Shown: positions 52,640-64,000 of the stretch, one piece after another
How the letters are laid out: each line of letters begins with the position of its first letter
How positions within the stretch are numbered: the first letter of the stretch is position 1
NCBI GenBank assembly: GCA_963822965.1
Contig: CAWGJT010000005.1
Coordinates: 1,472,001-1,536,000 of the forward strand
DNA: 64,000 nt
From: an uncultured delta proteobacterium
GTDB taxonomy: Bacteria > Myxococcota_A > UBA9160 > UBA4427
Direction of reading: 5' to 3'
The notes under the pieces: model-generated
Seen by the model: only the letters and a program-made list of their open reading frames with translations
The model's database searches: none
What the model was told of the DNA's origin: nothing
Translations under genes and position numbers: made by a program

Positions 52640-53178
52640 ACATCGAACCCGCTCCGGGACGGGGCAGAACCCCCTCAAGCCCGACACGGCGCCGCCAACG
52701 AGACCAGCCTCGCGAACGTGTCGACGGCCATCTACGCCCCGGGTGTGACCGCCGACTACAGCGTGTGCTGATGCGGATCGTGCTCGACGTCGCACAGACC
52801 GGTCTCTACGAGTTCCAGGTCGGGGTCGACTGGGGCCGAGGCGGCGTGGCCGCAGTGGTCGACAACTCGAACGGCCAGGTGATCAGCGAGTACGTGCGCA
52901 CCGACGGTCTGTGGTGGGCGAACGACTGGAACAACCCCGACGTATTCACCACGCAGATCACCCTCGACCAGGGCGAGTCCTACACACTGGATTGGATCGG
53001 GTTCGAGGACTGCTGCGCGGGGGCGAGCACGATCCGATTCTCGTACAACGGCGGCGCCTACCAGCCCCTCGACGACGCCACCATCGCGCCCTACGCCGCC
53101 GTACCCGAGCCGGCCTCCTTCCCGCTGGTCGCGCTCGGCCTCTGCGCCCTGCGCGGACGTCGTTCCCCACGCGCCTGA
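52640..53178 (+). pseudogene. CCXG-type PEP-CTERM protein, N-terminally truncated/frameshifted
   Basis: GVDWGRGG, LWWANDWN, GFEDCCAG, then VPEPASFPLVALGLCALRGRR. The upstream part (TSLANVSTAIYAPGVTADYSV) is in another frame, shift near 52765. No signal peptide found. Confidence 0.65.
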
Positions 53179-53304
53179 CAGGCCCTGCGGCGGCCGCGCA
53201 CCGCCTCTCGAACCCGGGAATGGCACCCATCCGAGGGACCCGATTGGTCCTTTCGAGGACGCTTCGGCTCCCATAGCCTCGAGATCCTGCCGAGGACGGG
53301 TCGC

Positions 53305-53757
53305 ATGCGTGAGCCGACGAGTGGAAGCCAGCAGCAGGGGACAGCGAGCCGCTGGACGATCGGGCTCTACGCGCTGGCGGCCCTGAATCTCGCCAACGGC
53401 GTCTGGATGCTGTGGAACCCGGCCCTCTGGTACCGGGACCTTCCGGCGGGAGTGCCCGACTTCGGCCCCCTGAACGAGCACTTCGTGCGCGACATCGGCG
53501 CCGTGTTCCTCACACTGGCGGCGGCGCTCGCCTGGGCGGCGCGACGCGAGTCGTACCGTCTGCCCCTGGTCGCCGTCACGTGCCTCTTCTACCTGCTGCA
53601 CGCCGCGGGCCACGTCTTCGACACGGCCCGGGGATTCGTGGACGCGCATCACTGGTGGCTCGACGTTCCCGGCGTCTACGGACCCGCGCTGCTGCTGCTG
53701 GTGCTCACCGTCCTCCTCGCGCGCCCGAGACTCCGAGGCGGAATCGAAAGGAGCTGA
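53305..53757 (+). CDS. Hypothetical 4-TM membrane protein
   Basis: Hydrophobic helices with GPLNEHFVRDIG and HAAGH motifs. Confidence 0.78.
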   Translation: MREPTSGSQQQGTASRWTIGLYALAALNLANGVWMLWNPALWYRDLPAGVPDFGPLNEHFVRDIGAVFLTLAAALAWAARRESYRLPLVAVTCLFYLLHAAGHVFDTARGFVDAHHWWLDVPGVYGPALLLLVLTVLLARPRLRGGIERS

Positions 53758-53758
53758 G

Positions 53759-54325
53759 ATGAGACTCGAGCCGATCGAAGAGCCCCGAGGCCTGTTGAAC
53801 CGCATTGCGTACTGGATGTCGCGCCGACAGTTCGGAAAGGTGCCGTCCGTGATCAAGGTGGTCTATGCGAGGTCCCGCGCGCTGGGCATTCTCGGATACC
53901 GGATCCAGCGCTTCAGCGAGAAGGGCACCTGCCTCGACCCGGGTCTCCGGCTGCTGATCCAGACCGCGGTCGCCGAAGCGGCGGGCTGCGGCTTCTGCAT
54001 CGACATCGGTCGTGCCATCGCGGTGCAGAAGGACCTCGGGCTCGACAAGTTCGACGCCATCTCCGAGTGGCGCACCCACCCGCTCTTCAGCGAGCGCGAG
54101 CGGGCCGCCATCGCCTACGCGCGGGAGGCGGCCCTCGACTGCCGGGTCTCGGACGAGACCTTCGCGCGGCTGCGCTTGCACTTCGACGATCGCGAGATCA
54201 TCGACGTCGCCGCGATGGCGGCGATCGAGCGCTTCTACAACGGGCTCGCCATCCCCCTCGGCCTGGAAGGGGACGGTCTGTGCGCGCTCAAGCTGCGAGG
54301 CGCCACCCGCGCCGCCGCCGCCTGA
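53759..54325 (+). CDS. Carboxymuconolactone decarboxylase/AhpD-family protein
   Basis: GCGFCID, FSERERAAIAYA, VSDETF..LR.HFDDREI. Confidence 0.88.
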   Translation: MRLEPIEEPRGLLNRIAYWMSRRQFGKVPSVIKVVYARSRALGILGYRIQRFSEKGTCLDPGLRLLIQTAVAEAAGCGFCIDIGRAIAVQKDLGLDKFDAISEWRTHPLFSERERAAIAYAREAALDCRVSDETFARLRLHFDDREIIDVAAMAAIERFYNGLAIPLGLEGDGLCALKLRGATRAAAA

Positions 54326-54426
54326 GACGCCCGAGACCCCCGAACCGCCTGCGGGTATCCTGCTGCCATGGAAGTCGGGACCCGCCGATCCGATTCGTGG
54401 GCGAGACGGCCCGCGCGGAGGACCGC

Positions 54427-55395
54427 GTGAGCGGGCTGTACCCGGCCACCCGACCCGACGAGCACGGCATGCTCGACGTGGGTGACGGCCACCTCGTCTA
54501 CTGGGAGACGTGCGGCGATCCCCGGGGCAAGCCCGCGCTGGTCCTGCACGGAGGCCCCGGCTCGGGCTGTACGGCGTGGCACCGCCGGCTCTTCGATCCC
54601 GACGCCTGGCGCGTCGTCCTCTTCGACCAGCGCAGCTGCGGGCGCAGCACGCCCCACGCGAGCACACCCGACGTCGACCTCGCGAGCAACACCACCCCGC
54701 ACCTGATCGCCGACATCGAACGGCTGCGCGAGCACCTGGCCATCGAACGCTGGCTGCTGCTGGCCGGCTCCTGGGGCAGCACGCTGGCGCTCGCCTACGC
54801 GGAAGGCCATCCCCGCCGCGTGACCGAGATGATCCTGTTCGGCGTCACCGCCGGGCTGCACGAGGAGATGGAGCGGGTGTTCGGCGGCGGGCTGGCGACG
54901 CACTTCCCAGAGGCCTGGGCCCGACTGCGTGCCGCGCTTCCGGCCGCGCGACGGGACGCCGACGTAGCGGCCGCCTGCAACGATCGGCTCTTCGATCCCG
55001 ATCCCGCGGTGCGCGAGGCCGCGGCCTACGAGTGGTGCCTGTGGGAATCGGCGAGCCCCACGTGGCCCCCGACGACCGGGCTGCTGCCGCGCTTTCGCGA
55101 TCCGCGGTACGCGCTGGCGTTCGCGCGCATCGTCACCCACTACGCCCGGCATCGAGCCTGGCTCGAGGATGGAGCCCTGCTACGCGGCGCGGACGCCCTG
55201 GCGCACGTTCCCGCGATCCTGATCAACGGCCGCCACGACCTCCAGACCTGCGGCGCTGCGGAGAAGCTCGCGCGACGCTGGCCCCTCGCGCAGCTGAGGA
55301 TCGTCGAGGACGCCGGACACGCCGCCGCCGACGCGGGCATCACCCGCGAGCTGGTGCGCGCGACCGACCGCTTCCGGGCCGGGCGGAGGTCATGA
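54427..55395 (+). CDS. pip: Prolyl aminopeptidase (proline iminopeptidase)
   Basis: LHGGPGSG, FDQRSCGRSTPHA, GSWGSTL, GRHD, DAGH. Confidence 0.93.
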   Translation: MSGLYPATRPDEHGMLDVGDGHLVYWETCGDPRGKPALVLHGGPGSGCTAWHRRLFDPDAWRVVLFDQRSCGRSTPHASTPDVDLASNTTPHLIADIERLREHLAIERWLLLAGSWGSTLALAYAEGHPRRVTEMILFGVTAGLHEEMERVFGGGLATHFPEAWARLRAALPAARRDADVAAACNDRLFDPDPAVREAAAYEWCLWESASPTWPPTTGLLPRFRDPRYALAFARIVTHYARHRAWLEDGALLRGADALAHVPAILINGRHDLQTCGAAEKLARRWPLAQLRIVEDAGHAAADAGITRELVRATDRFRAGRRS

Positions 55396-56082
55396 GCCGG
55401 GCGCCGGCGACCACTCGAGGCGCTCGAAGAGCTCCACCAGGCGTTCGGCGAGCTTCTCGCCGGTGCGGCGGGCATCTCCCGACAGGGGACCCGTGAGCTC
55501 GCCCACTCCCTTGAAGGCGGCGTTGATGAGCAGACCGATCTCCGAGGCCAGTCCGATCGGCACGATGAGCCCGGGCATCCTCGATCCGTTGGCGGCGATC
55601 CGACAGTCGAAGAGGGGCTGCTCCGCACCGTCCTGGTCGAGCGCGACCGCCACCTGCGAGCGGATGTGCGAGGCACCCAATCCGAATCCGATCAGGACCC
55701 GACCCAGGACGTTTCCGTCGTCGATCTCGTCGAAGCGTCCCGTCACCAGAACGGCCGGCTGCACGTTCGAGCGGGCATCCACTTGGGGAGCAGGCTCCGC
55801 CGGATAGCCCGACTTCCGCAGGCTCTCCACCGCCGCCTTCGCGACCGCGTGTACGACCTCGGTCGCGACCTCGCGCTCGTCGGCATCCGCCTCCATCGCC
55901 GCGGGAATCGCGAAGTCTTCGATCCACACGACACCCGGCTGCGGGTCGAGGGCAGTCCGGGACCGGAGATTCGGGTCGTTCACCCGGGCGGATGCGCAGG
56001 CGGTGAGGGAGGCGAACGCCAGCAGCAGGGCGAGCGCGATTCCCGGCCGTCGACGCAGGCTTCGCCTTCGATGGATCGACAT
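55390..56082 (-). CDS. DUF4410-like lipoprotein
   Basis: Lipobox LTA|C; GRF..IDDGN...RVLIGFGLGAS. Confidence 0.8.
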   Translation of the reverse strand: MSIHRRRSLRRRPGIALALLLAFASLTACASARVNDPNLRSRTALDPQPGVVWIEDFAIPAAMEADADEREVATEVVHAVAKAAVESLRKSGYPAEPAPQVDARSNVQPAVLVTGRFDEIDDGNVLGRVLIGFGLGASHIRSQVAVALDQDGAEQPLFDCRIAANGSRMPGLIVPIGLASEIGLLINAAFKGVGELTGPLSGDARRTGEKLAERLVELFERLEWSPAPGS

Positions 56083-56480
56083 GCAGCGGGCCCCCATCGT
56101 TAGGTCCCGGGACGGTATCGCGCCTTGGGTCTCGCGGCCTCCGAGCGGGAGGGGGCGAGAGGGGTGCCGGACGGGCAGCACACGGTTCGGGACGTTCGAC
56201 AGGGGAGGGGCAGAAAGCCGCGCCTCCACCGCCGATGGCCCCTTCCGGAAGGCCGGTCGAACGGGCCTTTTCCCCGCAGATGGCCTATGCTCTGTGTCGC
56301 TACGAAACGCCGCTGCACGATTTCCTTCCGAGTCAACTCTCAGTCGCCAGTCGCTCCAGCTTCGCTTCGAAGCAGTCCCACCGGGCGCGTCGCCCGCCGG
56401 ACGTATCCCGGGCATCCGCGGAACCTCCCGCCGGTGTCTTTGATTCGGCCCGAGCACCGCTCGGGCCTGGAGCTCGACTC

Positions 56481-56783
56481 GTGAAGAAGATCTATGTTGG
56501 CAACCTTTCCTTCGACACCACGGAATCATCCCTGCGCGCGGCCTTCGAGGCCTTCGGCAAGGTGCACTCCGCGGCGGTCGTGAACGACCGCGAGACCGGC
56601 CGCTCCCGAGGCTTCGGCTTCGTGGAGATGGACGACGAGGATGCGGCGAAGGCCATCCAGAGCCTCGACGGCAAGGACCTCGACGGCCGCGCCCTGCGCG
56701 TGAACGAGGCGCAGGAGAAGCCGCGCACCGCGCGAAGCGGTGGTGGCGGTGGTGGCGGCGGCGGCCGCGGCGGCCGCTGGTAA
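56481..56783 (+). CDS. RRM RNA-binding protein with Gly-rich tail
   Basis: RNP2 IYVGNL, RNP1 RGFGFVEM, GRALRVNEA, GGGGGGGGGRGGRW. Confidence 0.96.
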   Translation: MKKIYVGNLSFDTTESSLRAAFEAFGKVHSAAVVNDRETGRSRGFGFVEMDDEDAAKAIQSLDGKDLDGRALRVNEAQEKPRTARSGGGGGGGGGRGGRW

Positions 56784-56798
56784 AACGAGCCAGAACGC

Positions 56799-56841
56799 CG
56801 AGCCGGGAGCCCCGCTCGGCGCGGCTCCCGGCTCGCCTCTT
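56799..56841 (+). terminator. Terminator-like hairpin after the RRM gene
   Basis: 13-bp perfect stem CGAGCCGGGAGCC/GGCTCCCGGCTCG followed by CCTCTT (weak U-tract). Confidence 0.65.
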
Positions 56842-56865
56842 CGCGTACTCCCTGGAGGATCCCCC

Positions 56866-57318
56866 ATGTCCGACGTACGCGTCTTTGCTTCGTTCGATCT
56901 CGAGCACGACGGCGATCTCTGGGCCGTCCTGCTCGAGCAGTCCCGTCAGACGGGCTCCGGCTTCCGGATCTCCGCGCATTCCGAACCACGCCAGATGAGC
57001 GACCTGTGGGAGCAGCGGCAGCGCGAACAGATCCGCGACGCGGACGAGGTGATCGTCCTGTGCGGCGCGCACACGGCCGACTGCATGCGCATGAGCGCGG
57101 AGCTCCGGCTCGTCCAGGAAGAGGAGAAGCCCTACTTCCTCGTCTGGGGTCGACGCGAGGTCATGTGCACCCGACCTACCGGCGCGCACCCCCACGACAG
57201 CATGTACAGCTGGACGCCTTCGATCCTGCGCGCCCAGATCGCCTACGCGCTGCGAAAGGACCGGCCGAGCGAGGCCCTGGCCAGCTTCAAGCGAAGCCTG
57301 GCCCTGCCCACCCCCTGA
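56866..57318 (+). CDS. MTH538/DUF1863 TIR-like (ThsB-like) protein
   Basis: RVFASFDLEHD, W...REQIRDADEVIVLCG.HT, SAEL...QEEEKPYFLVWGR, YSWT; GGAGG RBS. Confidence 0.78.
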   Translation: MSDVRVFASFDLEHDGDLWAVLLEQSRQTGSGFRISAHSEPRQMSDLWEQRQREQIRDADEVIVLCGAHTADCMRMSAELRLVQEEEKPYFLVWGRREVMCTRPTGAHPHDSMYSWTPSILRAQIAYALRKDRPSEALASFKRSLALPTP

Positions 57319-57371
57319 GTCCAGGCAGCACCTTCCTGCGCAGAACGAGTGCAGCGGCTAGCATTCCGGCC

Positions 57372-57983
57372 GTGCGGCGGTCGGCCCCTTCAACGTTGCT
57401 GGCTCACCTGCTGCCCCTGCTGGCGCTCCTGTTGGCGGGGAGCGCGCAGGCCCACTCCCAGGCCTCGGAGTCGGGCGGGGGGTTCGTCACCGGCTTCCTG
57501 CATCCCCTGAGCGGGCTCGACCACGTGCTCGCCATGCTGGCCGTGGGCATGTGGGGCGCCCAGCTGGGCGCCCCCGCCATCTGGGTGCTTCCGGTCGCGT
57601 TTCCCCTGGTCATGTCCCTGGGTGGGGTCGCCGGCATCCTCGGACTGCCCCTGCCCTCCGTCGAGGTGGGAATCATCGTCTCGGTGGTCGTGCTGGGCGC
57701 GATGATCGCGCTGGATCGGCGCCCTCCCCTGCTCGTGGCCGGAACCCTCGTGGCGTTCTTCGCCATCTTCCACGGCTACGCCCACGGCCTCGAGCTGCCG
57801 GCCCAGGCCGCCGCCGTGGCCTACAGCGCCGGGTTCGTGATCGCCACCGGTCTCATCCACCTGAGCGGCATCGGGATCGGCTTCGTGACGGAGCTGGATC
57901 ACGGCGCGCGAATCCTGCGCGCGGGAGGAACCGCCATCTCGCTCGCCGGCCTGTTCCTCGGCTGGCAGCTGTTCGTCTCCTGA
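57372..57983 (+). CDS. HupE/UreJ-family metal transporter
   Basis: AQAH, GFLHPLSGLDHVLAMLAVGMWG, FHGYAHGLELP, ATGLIH. Confidence 0.93.
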   Translation: MRRSAPSTLLAHLLPLLALLLAGSAQAHSQASESGGGFVTGFLHPLSGLDHVLAMLAVGMWGAQLGAPAIWVLPVAFPLVMSLGGVAGILGLPLPSVEVGIIVSVVVLGAMIALDRRPPLLVAGTLVAFFAIFHGYAHGLELPAQAAAVAYSAGFVIATGLIHLSGIGIGFVTELDHGARILRAGGTAISLAGLFLGWQLFVS

Positions 57984-58011
57984 CGCTGCGAGGAACCTCG
58001 ACTTGTCCCTG

Positions 58012-58617
58012 ATGCGGCGTCGGGTGATGGGTGGCGCCGTGCTCGCCGCCCTGTTGCTGGTCGCGTCTCCCGCCTCGGCGCATGGCTCCGCGAGCCTGGG
58101 CGACTTCTATGCGGGGCTGTCCCAGCCCCTCTACCACCTCGAGTCCCTGCTCCTCCTGCTGGCCCTCGGACTGTGGGTGGGCCAGCGCGCCGAGCGGGAG
58201 CAGCTCGCCGGCTTCGTCGCCTTCGTGGCCGCGAGCCTCGTCGGCGCGGCCGCGAGCCTCCTGGGCGTGACGACGCCCGCAGCGCTGTGGGGGGTCCGGC
58301 TGGGCACCATCGCCCTGGGCCTGCTCACCGCCGCCCGCTGGTTCCCGCCCATGTGGCTCGCCGTCGCGCTGGGCGCCGTGCTGGGTGCCGCCCAGGGGAG
58401 CTTCGGGGCGGGAGGCGACCGCAGCGAGATCGCGCGACCGCTGGTCTTCACCATCGGACTGGGCCTCGCTCCCCTGCTGGTCGCGAGCTGGTTCGTGGCC
58501 CTGGCGGATCGCTTTCGCGCTCGCTGGATGGAGATCGGCTTCCGCGTCGTGGCGAGCTGGATCGCAACCATCGCGCTGCTCGTGGCCGCTCTGGCCGCCG
58601 CCCGGCCGACCCCCTGA
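58012..58617 (+). CDS. HupE/UreJ-like protein, divergent paralog
   Basis: ASAHG...DFYAGLSQP...LLALGLW; C-terminal RVVASWIATIALL; most internal His motifs replaced. Confidence 0.78.
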   Translation: MRRRVMGGAVLAALLLVASPASAHGSASLGDFYAGLSQPLYHLESLLLLLALGLWVGQRAEREQLAGFVAFVAASLVGAAASLLGVTTPAALWGVRLGTIALGLLTAARWFPPMWLAVALGAVLGAAQGSFGAGGDRSEIARPLVFTIGLGLAPLLVASWFVALADRFRARWMEIGFRVVASWIATIALLVAALAAARPTP

Positions 58618-58986
58618 GCGCCCCACCGGCGGGCTGCAGGCACCACGCCACGCGAACGCGTAGCGACGAGCGAGGCCCCCGCGCGGCGGTCGCCGGAATT
58701 CCTGCCTCGTTCTACGCCATGCATGCTGGTAAGCTGTTCAATCAGGGGCCCCAAGGAGGTGTCCCCCACGGGAGCCTTGGCGCCGTCCGGCGCTGCTCCC
58801 GAACCAGCAGCGGGACGCGGCCTCGGCTGCACGACCCGGCTGCGGCGTTTTGTAGAACCGGGACCAGCGCTTCGCAGCCGGTGCGCGCCAGAGGCGTCCC
58901 GCGGACCCGCCGCCCGGACCGGATCTTGCAGGATTCGGCGGGCGGGGCGGCGCAGGCGGCCGCGTGGGCGCCCGAGGGAGGACGCG

Positions 58987-64000
<5,014 letters not shown>

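Noticed and set aside
56481..57318. Complete Thoeris defence system
   Set aside because: No ThsA-type effector or other defence genes nearby; kept only as an orphan TIR-like finding.

Overview
Very GC-rich bacterial chromosomal window. The gene content and several PEP-CTERM-type proteins suggest a diderm, possibly Myxococcota/deltaproteobacterial-like organism (inference). I can support about 50 genes. Left part: tesB, tRNA-Ser(TGA), two cytochromes P450, a Fur/PerR-katG pair (KatG has a signal peptide), a MATE transporter, a lipid/aromatic oxidation block (TetR, phytoene-dehydrogenase-like, kinase, Baeyer-Villiger monooxygenase, LLM oxidoreductase), a peroxiredoxin and two DsbA/HCCA-isomerase paralogs. 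Middle: a NodIJ-like ABC exporter, two glycosyltransferases, a wHTH-AAA-TPR regulator and a 1267-aa diheme lipoprotein, cydAB, sulfotransferases, arsC-acr3, ectA-ectB-ask with no ectC, modABC and Ktr/Trk. Right part: FMN-binding glutamate synthase family, pip, an RRM protein, an orphan TIR-like protein, two HupE/UreJ proteins, glgE and a treS-maltokinase fusion running off the edge. No CRISPR array, rRNA, transposase or integrase was seen. Many small indels break conserved genes, most likely long-read assembly errors. Strongest leads: (1) the regulator, an 11-bp-period direct repeat and the giant diheme lipoprotein as one module; (2) an ORF at the left edge, absent from the ORF track, in which an internal PEP-CTERM sorting signal runs into a second signal peptide (possible secreted polyprotein); (3) an ectC-less ectoine operon with a coupled mini-ORF; (4) an orphan ThsB-like TIR gene.
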